Shown here piece after piece: positions 18,489 through 28,377 of a stretch of 64,000 bases of DNA (positions within the stretch are counted from its first letter, which is position 1; every line of letters begins with the position of its first letter). The notes under the pieces were generated by a model that made no database searches, was not told the origin of the DNA, and worked only from the letters and a program-made list of their open reading frames with translations. The translations under genes were made by a program, and so were the position numbers. This DNA is from an uncultured Chloroflexia bacterium. Its GTDB lineage: Bacteria; Chloroflexota; Limnocylindria; Limnocylindrales; CSP1-4. The stretch spans positions 640,001 through 704,000 of the forward strand of contig CAWFXA010000002.1 in assembly GCA_963819655.1 (NCBI GenBank). The letters are read 5' to 3'.

Positions 18489-19097
18489 TCAGCCGTTGCT
18501 GTGCTCACTCCAGCTATACGAGGCCATGATGGCCCAGCCGAAGTCTCGGGTACCCATCGAGCCGAGATCGATGGCCCCGGTCCCAGGACGTTCCTTCCCG
18601 CGATAGCGAGAGTGCGAGTTGTACTCGCCGGGGATCTTGAAGGTTCCGGAGTTGCGGAACGTCGCGACGGAGCCTGTCCCTGTGACGTCCACGGTGACCC
18701 TCACGGTGTCGAATGCGACGTCGTACGACTCCGCGCACTCGTCGACGCTCTCGATGGCGATCTCGAAGTCGCCGGCCGCGGAGCCCGCGCTGAGCTTCGT
18801 GTCGACACTGATCGTCAGGCCGTTCGCCCACCCAAAAACGCGCGTGCCCTGGAAGCCGTAGACACCATCCGGTCCGTCGCATGGGGTGTACTCGCCGGTT
18901 TCCTCGAAGATCTCGCCGTACGCCCCGGACGACTCGTCGAACAGATACACCGCCCCATATCCCGAGTCGCTGTACCACTCGCCTTGGATCGTCCGGCCGC
19001 TACCGCTGAGGTTGCTCGTGTTCGGCCCAGCGGCGACCGGCGCCGCCGTTGCCAGTGCGAGTGCACCGACCAACGGGATGATCATGAGTCTGCGCAT
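18489..19097 (-). CDS. Secreted hypothetical beta-rich protein
   Basis: Signal peptide MRRLMIIPLVGALALATAAPVAA; RBS-like gaagggg upstream. Confidence 0.75.
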   Translation of the reverse strand: MRRLMIIPLVGALALATAAPVAAGPNTSNLSGSGRTIQGEWYSDSGYGAVYLFDESSGAYGEIFEETGEYTPCDGPDGVYGFQGTRVFGWANGLTISVDTKLSAGSAAGDFEIAIESVDECAESYDVAFDTVRVTVDVTGTGSVATFRNSGTFKIPGEYNSHSRYRGKERPGTGAIDLGSMGTRDFGWAIMASYSWSEHSNG

Positions 19098-19197
19098 CTC
19101 TGTTGCCCCTTCCGCTCCCCGATCGCGCCGACCGCATGGCCTGCTCGTCGGATGCTGGGATGACGCAGCTCGGGCGAGTCTGTGGCGCGATCACGCA

Positions 19198-19213
19198 TGT
19201 CAGAGATTTGACA
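19198..19213. promoter_or_regulatory. Palindromic operator-like site TGTCA-N6-TGACA
   Basis: TGTCAGAGATTTGACA about 100 bp upstream of the secreted-protein gene. Confidence 0.4.
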
Positions 19214-19383
19214 GTCGGCCACCTGCAACAAGTGGTGGGGTTCGGCGTCGGAAGTACTTCATGGCGGAACTCATGTTCGATGGCCATCCGGCCGTAGCAG
19301 GCCGCACCGGCCTGGAGTTCCGCGACGCGCGTCGCTGACGCTGACCCGGTTCGGACCTGGGCACCACCACCGCGTGAGCCGGG

Positions 19384-20721
19384 TCAGGCCGCCGGGACCG
19401 GTAGCCCTGTGTCGCGGTCATCACGGGTGGGGACGGCGGCGTATCGAGCAGACAGCTTGCGGTAGCTCGTCGAGCGGAGAGCCAGCAGCGTGACGAGCAG
19501 GCCGATCGAGCCAGCCACGATGAAGATCAGCGCGATGCCCCGCTCAGGCCCGACACCGAACCACGCGCCGATGGCGGCTGCGCCAGCACCGTCGGTCATG
19601 AACGGGATCACCCAGAACTGAGCGATCGGCCCGATCATGAAGGCTGTGATCGGTGAGGCCGCTGTCTCCAGGGTCTGCGCGAATCCGAAGACGCGGCCCT
19701 GCTCGCCGAGCGGGACGACCTTCTGGATGACCGTCTGTTCCGACGCTTCCGCCACCGGGATCAGCGTCATGTACACGAAGAAGCCGATCGCGAGCGGCAA
19801 GATGGCCGAGACGATCGGAAAGGCGATCGTCACGCCCCAGAGCACGACGTTGACCAGGAGAAGGGTCCGGACCGGATTGACGCCCAGCCCACGCCGGGCC
19901 ACAGCGATGCCGCCGATGATGAACCCGAGACTGGACAAACCGAGGAGCACGCCATAGGCCTCGACCGACATGAGGGTCAGCCCGTACGGGTCGATGAGCG
20001 CCATGAACACGCCGCCAAGGAAGTTGTTGAAGGTGCTGAACAGCAGAAGCGCGAGCAGACCGGGAACGATCCGCACCGCTCGGATCGATCCCTTTACGTC
20101 GATGATGGTCGGGTCGCCCTCGCTGGGCTCGGGTGCGTCCTCGACTATGCGGATGGTGATGAGATGCGCTAACGCAACCGCGGTCAGCACGATCGCGATG
20201 ACGAGGCTGGCGCCCATGCCGAGCAGGCCGATGGCCAGGCCACTGAACACCGAGGTGATGGCGAATGCGACGCCGTTCACCGTGCCGACGAGCCCGTTGG
20301 CCCTATCGCGGCGGTCCTCGGGCACAAGGAGGGTCACCGTCGTCGCCAGCGCCACACTGCGCAGATTGCCCGCGATCGCGCCGGCGAGCACGAGCGTGGT
20401 GAATGCCCAGAACGCTGGGTGGCCGAGATCCTGCAGCGAGCCTGCAGGTGCCATCAGGTAGACGGCGCCGGCGAGCAGGAAAGCCGCCAATGTCAACGCG
20501 TTCGAGAGCAGCATCGAGGCCTTGCGTCGATGTCGGTCGACGAATGTCCCGAAGAACATCCCGGATACGGCGAGCAGCAGCATGTACCCGCCACCGATGA
20601 CCGCGCTGGCCACGACCGACCGTGTCTCCAGGTACACCCAGAACGTCAGGGCGAACCACAGGAAGTTGTTCGTGACGTTGGCGACGAGCGTGTTGGCGAC
20701 GAGCAGGCGGAAAGTCTTCAT
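19384..20721 (-). CDS. MFS transporter (DHA3-like efflux)
   Basis: About 12 TM; GTFVDRHRRK, RDRANGL, QGRVFG motifs; ATG at 20721. Confidence 0.9.
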   Translation of the reverse strand: MKTFRLLVANTLVANVTNNFLWFALTFWVYLETRSVVASAVIGGGYMLLLAVSGMFFGTFVDRHRRKASMLLSNALTLAAFLLAGAVYLMAPAGSLQDLGHPAFWAFTTLVLAGAIAGNLRSVALATTVTLLVPEDRRDRANGLVGTVNGVAFAITSVFSGLAIGLLGMGASLVIAIVLTAVALAHLITIRIVEDAPEPSEGDPTIIDVKGSIRAVRIVPGLLALLLFSTFNNFLGGVFMALIDPYGLTLMSVEAYGVLLGLSSLGFIIGGIAVARRGLGVNPVRTLLLVNVVLWGVTIAFPIVSAILPLAIGFFVYMTLIPVAEASEQTVIQKVVPLGEQGRVFGFAQTLETAASPITAFMIGPIAQFWVIPFMTDGAGAAAIGAWFGVGPERGIALIFIVAGSIGLLVTLLALRSTSYRKLSARYAAVPTRDDRDTGLPVPAA

Positions 20722-20909
20722 AGTGGCGTGATCGTCAGCATATGCGGCCCGCGATGGCAGACGGTTGCGGCACACGCGGCGATCGCTTCGTTACAACGGT
20801 GATGCCCCATGATGCTCGCGGACTCGATCGTCAAAGCCGTCCGCGGCGAGCCCGTGGAGGATCAGGTAGACGATTCGGATCGCCGGGGGAAGCTGACGAG
20901 GAGGTCGGT

Positions 20910-21158
20910 ATGCCGAAGTTCATGGACGTCCACCACGGGATGCACGGTGTCACGCCGGAAGCTCTCAAGGCGGCGCATCAGGCAGATCTTGATATCCAGG
21001 CCGACGAAGGAGTGGACTTCCAGCGCGCATGGGGCGATCCAGACTCCGGCATGGTCTGGTGTGTGTCAGAGGCTCCGAACGCCGAAGCCGTGCGCAAGAT
21101 CCACGAGCGAGCGGGCCACCCGGCGACCGAGGTGTATCCCGTACCGGTCGAGGCCTGA
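20910..21158 (+). CDS. DUF4242 / SCO4226-like small metal-binding protein
   Basis: MPKFMDVH..AHQADL..WCVSEAPNAEAV..HERAGHP; RBS gaggagg. Confidence 0.85.
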   Translation: MPKFMDVHHGMHGVTPEALKAAHQADLDIQADEGVDFQRAWGDPDSGMVWCVSEAPNAEAVRKIHERAGHPATEVYPVPVEA

Positions 21159-21215
21159 CCGTACGTCGGCGAGGGTGTTGACCCGTCGCACCGGCACCTT
21201 CGGTACGTTTCGATA

Positions 21216-21243
21216 GCCCCGACGCTGACAGGTGCGTCGGGGC
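21216..21243 (+). terminator. Perfect 10-bp stem hairpin after the DUF4242 gene
   Basis: GCCCCGACGC-tgacaggt-GCGTCGGGGC. Confidence 0.5.
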
Positions 21244-21396
21244 ACGGATCGCCATCTTCGCGGCTGGTCCACCGCGCGGAACAGAACGCCGCGGATCGGG
21301 GCAGGATGGGTCCTCGCGTCCGGCGCCCAGCCACCGATGGCAGTCCTCCACGTCCTCCCCTGAGCCTGGCCAACGCCCCTGCTACCATCGCTCGCG

Positions 21397-21765
21397 ATGG
21401 AGATCATGGGCATCCAGCTCCGGACGATCATCAGCGATAACAACGCGAAGCGATGCGCCGGCTGCGACCAGGTGATCGAAGGCACGCCGTGGCGCGTCAA
21501 CTTGCTCGACATCGTCGCCGCGGAGACGCCCGTCGGCTGGGCCGAGCGACCGGTGATCAACCCCGGGCCGTTCCAATTCCACGGGGATCCGGTGTGCGTC
21601 CGCCGCTGGATGGCCGCCCGCGACTACCTGTTCTGTCGCAAGGGCGAGGTCCGCGAGATCATGCGACCGGTCCCGATCCCGGGCCCTGACGAGGCGCCCG
21701 ATGCAGGTCGATGGGGCTTGTGCGACGGCATCCATCGCGACGATCACGAGTTCGTGCCCGCCTGA
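21397..21765 (+). CDS. Hypothetical Cys/His-rich (zinc-binding-like) protein
   Basis: CAGC..FHxxxxC..FC..LCDGIH..H; TACCAT 8 nt upstream. Confidence 0.75.
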   Translation: MEIMGIQLRTIISDNNAKRCAGCDQVIEGTPWRVNLLDIVAAETPVGWAERPVINPGPFQFHGDPVCVRRWMAARDYLFCRKGEVREIMRPVPIPGPDEAPDAGRWGLCDGIHRDDHEFVPA

Positions 21766-21778
21766 CCCGGTCCTTGGT

Positions 21779-21851
21779 TTGACACAAAGTTCGACGGAGG
21801 CATATCCTCCGCTCGCCCGGGCGATATCTGGTACCCAGATTTACCCAGGTT
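21779..21851 (+). promoter_or_regulatory. Sigma70-like promoter (TTGACA-18-TATCCT) followed by palindromes and 10-bp direct repeats
   Basis: TTGACA 21779-84; TATCCT 21803-08; ATCTGG-TAC-CCAGAT 21826-40; TACCCAGATT/TACCCAGGTT 21832-51. Confidence 0.65.
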
Positions 21852-21935
21852 TTCGTGCCGGCGGGCTAGCCAGCCGTTTCCCCCCACGGTCAGGCTGGCC
21901 CGTCGGCGCCCGTACACCCAGCCCAGCGAGGTCCG

Positions 21936-22604
21936 ATGGCCGACCCGACCACCTCCAGCATCCCGTCCGGGCGCTGGCTGTCTCTGGGGCCCGCCAGCCT
22001 GGTGCTCGGGGTCGACCCTGACACCTTGCGCCGATGGGCGGACGACGGTCGCATCCCGGCGTGGACGACGCCTGGCGGCCATCGTCGCTTCGACCGCGTC
22101 GCCCTAGAGAGGCTGACCAGCCAGCGGCGCGGCTCGGCCTTCCGCTCGCTGACGACGCTCGGCGCCACCCCTGCCCGCCTGACCCGCGCGTATCGCCGGC
22201 ACTACGCCAGTGCGCTCGGCGCATCGAGGCAGCCGGCCGGCGCACCGGGGGCCGATCCAGAGCGCGAGGCGTTCCGCCGCGACGGACGACGGCTCATCGG
22301 GGCGCTCATCGAATTCCTGGACGCCGATGCGGCCGACGCCGCGACACGCGACCGGCTAGAGGCTGACGCATGCGCGATCGTCGATGACCAGGCGACTCGC
22401 CTGGCCGACGGCGGCGGCAGTCTGACCGAAGCCGTGTCCGGGTTCGTCGCCGCGCGGGGTCCGTTCCTCGCGGAGTTGGCCGGCCTGGGCCACCGCCGCT
22501 CGCTCGATCCGGCCCGCCTCGCCGACCTGTACGGGGACGCCACGGCGCTACTTGATCGGCTTCTGTTGCGCTTCATCGAGACCCACCAGCGGATCGAGCG
22601 CTGA
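21936..22604 (+). CDS. Excisionase/MerR-like HTH (HTH_17/BldC-like) regulator with a helical C-terminal domain
   Basis: WLSLGPASLVLGVDPDTLRRWADDGRIPAWTTPGGHRRF. Confidence 0.8.
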   Translation: MADPTTSSIPSGRWLSLGPASLVLGVDPDTLRRWADDGRIPAWTTPGGHRRFDRVALERLTSQRRGSAFRSLTTLGATPARLTRAYRRHYASALGASRQPAGAPGADPEREAFRRDGRRLIGALIEFLDADAADAATRDRLEADACAIVDDQATRLADGGGSLTEAVSGFVAARGPFLAELAGLGHRRSLDPARLADLYGDATALLDRLLLRFIETHQRIER

Positions 22605-22607
22605 TCG

Positions 22608-23696
22608 ATGCGCGTCGACGTCCTGCTCCCGGCGCTCACCGCGCTCCTCGCGATCGTCTTCAGCGCGGCCCTGTTCGACCAGTGGCGTGAGCGGCGGGGC
22701 GGCTTCCAGCTGATCTGGGGCATCGGCATGCTGTTCTACGGGATCGCAGCCGGCTGTGAGGCACTCGCCGGCCTCGGCGGCTGGAACGAGGCCCTGTACC
22801 GGACCTGGTATCTGACCGGCGCGGTGTGGACCGCTGGCTGGCTCGGTCTGGGTACCGCGTACCTGCTCGGTCGCACCCGGTTCGGCTACAGCGTGGCCCT
22901 GTGCCTGTTCCTGGCCGGGCTGTTCACGTTCCTCGTGCGCAACCGCCCGGAATACGCAGGGGCCGGGGCGCTGCCGCTCCTGTACTTCATCGCCGCAGGC
23001 GTCCTCGCACTCGCCGTGGCCGTCGAGACCTACTTCCAGAACGAGCGCTGGCCGTCGCTGGCCGCGGGTGCCGTGGTCGGGGCGACCGTCCTCAGCCTCG
23101 TGCTCATGGCGACGTCCACGATCGCGCCACCCGGGTACGCCGTCGACGCGGCGACGGGGATGCCCGTCGCGACACTGCTCCCGCCGCACCTCCGGCTGCT
23201 GACGCCGTTCCTCAACGTGACCGGGGCGTTCGTGCTGATCCTCGGGGCCGTCTTCAGCACGTACGTGTTCATGCCAAAGCACCGGGTGCTGCCCTACTCG
23301 CTCGATCCACGACAGCCGGGTGATCAGTTCCTCTTCAACCTGCTCATCGCGCCCGTGGCGATCGTTGTCAACCTCGTTGCGTCGCTGCCGGGGACGATCC
23401 GGGCGCTGGCCGCGGGCCGGATCCACAGCCGCGTGCCTGCGACCATCCTCATCGCGGTCGGGGCCTTCATCCCGACCCTCACGGACTCGCTGAATCGGTT
23501 CGGCTCGACCGACCTGTTCCAGCTCGGGAAGTTCCTCGGCGTCGTGTTCCTGTTCCTCGGCTTCCTTGTCTCGATCGAGGTATTCCGCGAGATCCGCATC
23601 CCGTTCACCGGGATTCGTCTCGCGAACCCGCGGCGCGAGCCGCCCGGCGCCGTCCGCGAGCCGCCCGGCGCCGTCCGCGAGCCGCGTACCGGATAG
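22608..23696 (+). CDS. Polytopic membrane protein of unknown function, co-transcribed with the HTH gene
   Basis: About 9-10 TM; 3-bp gap after the HTH gene; YRTWYLTGA..LGLGT motif; C-terminal 21-bp tandem repeat (REPPGAV x2). Confidence 0.8.
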   Translation: MRVDVLLPALTALLAIVFSAALFDQWRERRGGFQLIWGIGMLFYGIAAGCEALAGLGGWNEALYRTWYLTGAVWTAGWLGLGTAYLLGRTRFGYSVALCLFLAGLFTFLVRNRPEYAGAGALPLLYFIAAGVLALAVAVETYFQNERWPSLAAGAVVGATVLSLVLMATSTIAPPGYAVDAATGMPVATLLPPHLRLLTPFLNVTGAFVLILGAVFSTYVFMPKHRVLPYSLDPRQPGDQFLFNLLIAPVAIVVNLVASLPGTIRALAAGRIHSRVPATILIAVGAFIPTLTDSLNRFGSTDLFQLGKFLGVVFLFLGFLVSIEVFREIRIPFTGIRLANPRREPPGAVREPPGAVREPRTG

Positions 23697-23789
23697 ATCG
23701 CACAGGTCGCCGGACCGCTCGCCGCGCGACGGGCCGCGCGGGTAGCCTGGCCCGCGGCGGATCATCGGCCCGGGCTCTACGATGCGCGG

Positions 23790-24818
23790 ATGCCCACCCC
23801 GGACGGAACCTCGAGCAGCGCCTCGACGGCCGCGGCGAGCGACCAGCCCGTGCCGCTCCGCGGGTTCGCGATCGTCATCGGCGCGGCGGCGCTGTTCGGT
23901 ATGCTCGGCCCGCTGTCGCGATTCGCGTACGACGCAGGGATGGAGCCGCCGGCCTTCGTCGCATGGCGGGCGATGATCGGATTCCTCGGTCTGGTCGCCT
24001 ACGTCGGGTGGCGCGTCTCCCGCGGCGCGACCCGCCTCGTCCGCCTGGGTGCGCTGCCGCTGCGGGCTCGCGTGTCGCTCCTCGCCGCCGCCGCCGCCGG
24101 GACGACCCTCAACCTGTGCATGTTCATCGCCTTCGATCGCATCACGATCGCCCTGGCGCTGCTCGGTTTCTACACGTATCCAGCGCTCGTGGCGGTTACC
24201 AACGTCGCGCTCGGTCGGGAGCGGCTGGACGGCAATCGGGTGCTGGCTCTCGCGCTGGCGATCGTCGGCATGGTCCTCGTCGTCGCGTCGCAACTCGATC
24301 CGGCGGCGGGGATCCGGCTCGACGTCATCGGCATCGCGCTGGCACTTGGCGCGGCCGTCAGCCAGACGATCTTCGTGATCCTCGCGCGCGACGGGTACCC
24401 GGAGGTCCCGACCGAGCAGGCGATGACGACCGTCCTGCTGGCGTCCGGGATAGGCGCCATCGCGGTCGCCCTTGTGGCGGGCGGCGTGGAGTCACTCGCC
24501 CAGCCGCTCGCCAACCCGAGCGTCCTGCCGCTCCTCGCCTTCACCGGGCTCGCTGCGGCAGCCATCCCGTCGTTGGGTTTTCTGACCGGCATCCGGCTGA
24601 TCGGAGGCACCCGCGCAGGCATCCTGATGCTGTTCGAGCCGGTCGTCGGGGTCGCGCTGGCAGCGTGGCTGCTGTCAGAGGCGCTGGCCCCCATCCAGAT
24701 CCTCGGGGCGATCGCGATCCTCGGTGCCGCGTTGCTGCTGCAGCGCCCGTCGCGACCCGCGGCAAGCGGGGCGGCCGAGGACGCCACGGGACCGGTCATC
24801 GTGCCGGGCGGCCCGTAG
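23790..24818 (+). CDS. DMT/EamA family transporter
   Basis: 10 TM in two EamA repeats; YTYPALV, LFEPVVGV. Confidence 0.88.
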   Translation: MPTPDGTSSSASTAAASDQPVPLRGFAIVIGAAALFGMLGPLSRFAYDAGMEPPAFVAWRAMIGFLGLVAYVGWRVSRGATRLVRLGALPLRARVSLLAAAAAGTTLNLCMFIAFDRITIALALLGFYTYPALVAVTNVALGRERLDGNRVLALALAIVGMVLVVASQLDPAAGIRLDVIGIALALGAAVSQTIFVILARDGYPEVPTEQAMTTVLLASGIGAIAVALVAGGVESLAQPLANPSVLPLLAFTGLAAAAIPSLGFLTGIRLIGGTRAGILMLFEPVVGVALAAWLLSEALAPIQILGAIAILGAALLLQRPSRPAASGAAEDATGPVIVPGGP

Positions 24819-24867
24819 CGCAAACGGAGCACCACGTCATGCCCGACGGCACTGGCCAGCCGCACGC

Positions 24868-25635
24868 ATGACCGCGGACGTCTCGCCCGGCTCGTACGAC
24901 GTCGCGGGACCCGCGACGGCGCCGGCGATCGTCTTCGTCCACGGCACGCGCCTGACCCGGTCGTCCTGGACACCCCAGCTGGAGGCCTTGCGCGACTCAT
25001 TTCGGGTCGTCGCGATGGATCTGCCCGGTCACGGGGCGCTGGCGGACCGGCCATTCTCGATGGCCGCTGCCTCCCAGGAGCTGGCGCGGGTCATCGAATC
25101 CGCGGCCGGCGGCAACGCGATCGTCGTCGGGCTGTCGCTGGGCGGCTACGTCGGGATGGATCTCGCCGCGTCTCGTCCGGACCTCGTCCGCGGGTTGGTC
25201 CTCTCGGGGGCGACCCAGGAGCCGGTCGGCCTTCGGTCGACCCCGTATCTCGCCCTCGCGTGGGTCATGGACCGGCTCGACGGGCGGGCCCTCGGCGCTC
25301 TCAATCGGTGGTTCTTCCGGACCCGCTACCCGCCGGCTATCGCCGACCCGATCGTGGCCGGGGGCTTCTTCGGGGCCGGTGGCGCAGCCGCCCTGCGCGC
25401 CCTGATCGGCGAACGATTCGCGCCGCGCCTGGCCGCCTACGACGGGCCGGTGCTCATCCTCAACGGCGAGCTCGACCCCCTGTTTCGGGTCGGTGCCAAC
25501 GGGTTCGCTCGTGACGCCCGGAACGTGCGCCGGGTGCGCCTCGGTGGTGCCACGCACCTTGCCAATCTGGACCGCCCGGAGGCGTTCAGCATCGCCGTCC
25601 GACGCTTCGCCGAGGAGCTCCAGGACCGGCCCTGA
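24868..25635 (+). CDS. Alpha/beta hydrolase
   Basis: FVHG, DLPGHG, GLSLGG nucleophile elbow, GATHL. Confidence 0.88.
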   Translation: MTADVSPGSYDVAGPATAPAIVFVHGTRLTRSSWTPQLEALRDSFRVVAMDLPGHGALADRPFSMAAASQELARVIESAAGGNAIVVGLSLGGYVGMDLAASRPDLVRGLVLSGATQEPVGLRSTPYLALAWVMDRLDGRALGALNRWFFRTRYPPAIADPIVAGGFFGAGGAAALRALIGERFAPRLAAYDGPVLILNGELDPLFRVGANGFARDARNVRRVRLGGATHLANLDRPEAFSIAVRRFAEELQDRP

Positions 25636-25689
25636 ACGGGCCCGGTGCTAGACTTGGCCGACCCACCCAACCCTTGGCGAAGAGGTTCG

Positions 25690-26568
25690 ATGCGCGTTCG
25701 AAAAGCCGTTTTCCCCGCCGCGGGCTGGGGCACCCGCTTCCTGCCCGCCACCAAGGCACAGCCCAAAGAGATGCTGCCGTTGGTGGACAAGCCGATCATC
25801 CAGTACGCGGTGGAAGAGGCTGTCGCCGCGGGCATCGAGCAGGTCATCATCGTCACGTCGAGTCAGAAACGCGCCATCGAAGACCACTTCGACCTGTCGT
25901 ACGAGCTCGAGCACCTGCTCGAGGAGAAGGGCGACATCGAGATGCTCCGCCAGGTGCGGCACATCAGCGACCTGGCGCAGGTGGCGTACGTCCGCCAGAA
26001 GGAGCAGCTCGGCCTCGGGCACGCCGTTCTCATGGCCAAGGACCTCATCGGGCACGAGCCGTTCGCCGTGCTCCTGCCCGACGACGTGGTCGTCGGCGAC
26101 CGGCCGTGCATCGGCCAGCTCATCCATGCCTACCAGCAGACCCATGGGTCGGTGGTGGCGGTCATGGAGGTCCCGCACGAGGAGACCAGTCGCTACGGGA
26201 TCATCGCCGCCGAGCGGTCTACGGATCCCCTAGATCACGGGCGACTGCATCGCGTCACGCGCCTCGTCGAGAAGCCGAAGCCATCCGAGGCGCCGTCGAA
26301 CCTGGCCATCATCGGACGCTATGTGCTCACCCCGAAGATCTTCGACAAGCTCGAGCAGACCCAGCGCGGCGCGGGCGGCGAGATCCAGCTGACCGACGCG
26401 ATCGGCGCGATGATGGAAGAGCAGGGCGTCTGGGCTTACGAGTTCGAAGGCACGCGCTACGACGCCGGGACCACGATGGGTTGGCTGAAGGCATCGGTCG
26501 AGCTCGCTCTGCAGCGCCCCGAGCTCGCCACAGAGTTCCGGACTTATCTGGCAGGTCTCCAGCTCTGA
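25690..26568 (+). CDS. galU: UTP--glucose-1-phosphate uridylyltransferase
   Basis: KAVFPAAGWGTRFLPATKAQPKEMLPLVDKP, GLGHAV, GEIQLTDA. Confidence 0.95.
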   Translation: MRVRKAVFPAAGWGTRFLPATKAQPKEMLPLVDKPIIQYAVEEAVAAGIEQVIIVTSSQKRAIEDHFDLSYELEHLLEEKGDIEMLRQVRHISDLAQVAYVRQKEQLGLGHAVLMAKDLIGHEPFAVLLPDDVVVGDRPCIGQLIHAYQQTHGSVVAVMEVPHEETSRYGIIAAERSTDPLDHGRLHRVTRLVEKPKPSEAPSNLAIIGRYVLTPKIFDKLEQTQRGAGGEIQLTDAIGAMMEEQGVWAYEFEGTRYDAGTTMGWLKASVELALQRPELATEFRTYLAGLQL

Positions 26569-26706
26569 ACCGTTCCGGGGCGGTGACCCCGGGATCACGT
26601 CTCGGCGGCCGCTGACCGGACGCCGAACGGAGGGGCATGGGATACCATGCTCGCCGGAGCGCGTCGCGGACGTCGGCGGCGCGCCGAACCATGTCGAGGG
26701 GCACGT

Positions 26707-28377
26707 TTGGCGGAGATCGGAACGATCCTGGGAGGCCGATACCGGCTCGTGGAGCTGCTCGGCCAGGGCGGCATGGCGACGATCTACCGGGCGGTCGACA
26801 CCCAGCTCGGCCGTGACGTTGCCGTCAAGCTGCTCCGCCCGGAGTACCTGCGCGATCCCGATTTCTCCTCACGTTTCCGGCAGGAGGCACAGAACGCCGC
26901 GTCGCTGAACCACCCAAACGTGGTCAGCGTCTACGACTACGGTGAGGACCCGTCGGGGCCGTACATCGTCATGGAGCTGGTCGACGGCGAGGACCTCGCC
27001 ACGATCCTGCGGCGGACAGGCTCGTTGCCGCCGTCCCAGGCCGCCCGGATCGCCGGGGCCGTGGCACGCGCCCTGGCCGCAGCCCACGCACGCGGCATCG
27101 TCCATCGCGATGTGAAGCCCGGCAACGTGCTGATCGGTCGGGACGGGCGGGTCAAGGTCGTCGACTTCGGCATCGCCCGAGCCGTGGCCGAGGCCCAGAT
27201 GACGCTCCCGGGCACCACGCTTGGGTCGGTCCACTACTTCAGCCCGGAGCAGGCCCGCGGCGAGACCGCGACGAACGAATCCGACATCTACGCCCTCGGC
27301 ATCGTCCTGTACGAGATGCTTACCGGTACGCGGCCGTGGGAAGGCGACACGGCCGCCGCCGTCGCGCTCGCCCGCCTCAGCGGAACGACGCCGGACCCGG
27401 CCCTCGTCAGGCCGTCGATCCCGCCGGATGTGGCGGCGATCACGCGCAAGGCCCTCGCGCCGCTGCCGATGGACCGCTTCGCCTCGGCCGCATCGATGGC
27501 CGACGCTCTCGAGACATCGCGGACCGTGGCAGGCGGCGCGGCCGCGGGAGCCGCCGCGATCGCGGGGGCCGGAGTGGCTGCCTCGGCCGGGGTCGCCCGA
27601 TCCAATCCGACCGTCACCGCCTACCCGGCTGACGCCTATGCCGGTGCCACCGACGCGCCGGTCCGCCAACCGACGAGCAAGCCGACCCGGAAGCAGCTGG
27701 AGGACGACGACGAGGCCGAAGGCCCAAGCCCTCTCGTCTGGCTGGCCGGGATCGCCGCCATCGCGCTGCTCGCCGCGATCGCGTTCATCGTGTTCCAGCT
27801 CCTGTCCGGTCCGAACCAGCCCACGGCGCCCGAGCAGGTCGCCGTCCCCGAGTTCGTCGGGAAGCTGCTCGCCGACGCGACCGGGGAGGCCGATGCCGTC
27901 GGGCTGAGGCTCGAGGTGACCGAGCAGCCGAGCGACCAGCCGGTCGGCACAATCATCGCCCAGGACCGGCCGGCCGGCACCCTTGTCGCGGCCGGCTCCA
28001 CCGTGCGCGTGGCCGTCGCGTCGGGCCTCGAACAGGTGCCGATGCCGGACCTGCGCAACAAGACCGAGGCCCAGGCGGTCCAGGAGATCGTGACGGCCGG
28101 CCTCCAACCGGGTCTCAAGACCGAGGCATTCGACCCGGTCGTCGCGGTCGGCCTCGTCGTGACGCAGGTCCCAGCTCCAGGCGTTGTCGTTGCGAAGGGC
28201 AGCGCCGTCGACTACGTCATCTCGAAGGGGCCTGAACCGACGCCCAGCCCGACGCCGAGTCCCACGCCGAGCCCGACGCCGACGCCGACACCGACGCCGA
28301 CGCCGACGCCCACACCGACACCAACGCCCACACCGACACCAACGCCGACGCCGACCCCCACGCCGACGCCATCCTGA
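26707..28377 (+). CDS. pknB: PknB-like Ser/Thr kinase with TM, two PASTA domains and a (PT)n tail
   Basis: LGQGGMA, HRDVKPGN, DFGIA, SPEQ; PASTA starts VPEFVG and MPDLRN; TTG start inferred. Confidence 0.88.
   Translation: MAEIGTILGGRYRLVELLGQGGMATIYRAVDTQLGRDVAVKLLRPEYLRDPDFSSRFRQEAQNAASLNHPNVVSVYDYGEDPSGPYIVMELVDGEDLATILRRTGSLPPSQAARIAGAVARALAAAHARGIVHRDVKPGNVLIGRDGRVKVVDFGIARAVAEAQMTLPGTTLGSVHYFSPEQARGETATNESDIYALGIVLYEMLTGTRPWEGDTAAAVALARLSGTTPDPALVRPSIPPDVAAITRKALAPLPMDRFASAASMADALETSRTVAGGAAAGAAAIAGAGVAASAGVARSNPTVTAYPADAYAGATDAPVRQPTSKPTRKQLEDDDEAEGPSPLVWLAGIAAIALLAAIAFIVFQLLSGPNQPTAPEQVAVPEFVGKLLADATGEADAVGLRLEVTEQPSDQPVGTIIAQDRPAGTLVAAGSTVRVAVASGLEQVPMPDLRNKTEAQAVQEIVTAGLQPGLKTEAFDPVVAVGLVVTQVPAPGVVVAKGSAVDYVISKGPEPTPSPTPSPTPSPTPTPTPTPTPTPTPTPTPTPTPTPTPTPTPTPS
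28238..28372 (+). repeat. Coding hexamer microsatellite (ccgacg)n giving Pro-Thr repeats
   Basis: About 22 PT/PS dipeptides at the kinase C-terminus. Confidence 0.85.

Noticed and set aside
19346-19375. Possible third att remnant (ggttcg..gggcaccacc)
   Set aside because: Only about 10 bp match the tRNA 3' end and no integrase-tail peptide follows; compatible with chance in GC-rich DNA.
28238-28372. (ccgacg)n and PTPA repeats as non-coding repeat elements
   Set aside because: They are in-frame Pro/Thr linkers of exported proteins (also ~53360-53470).
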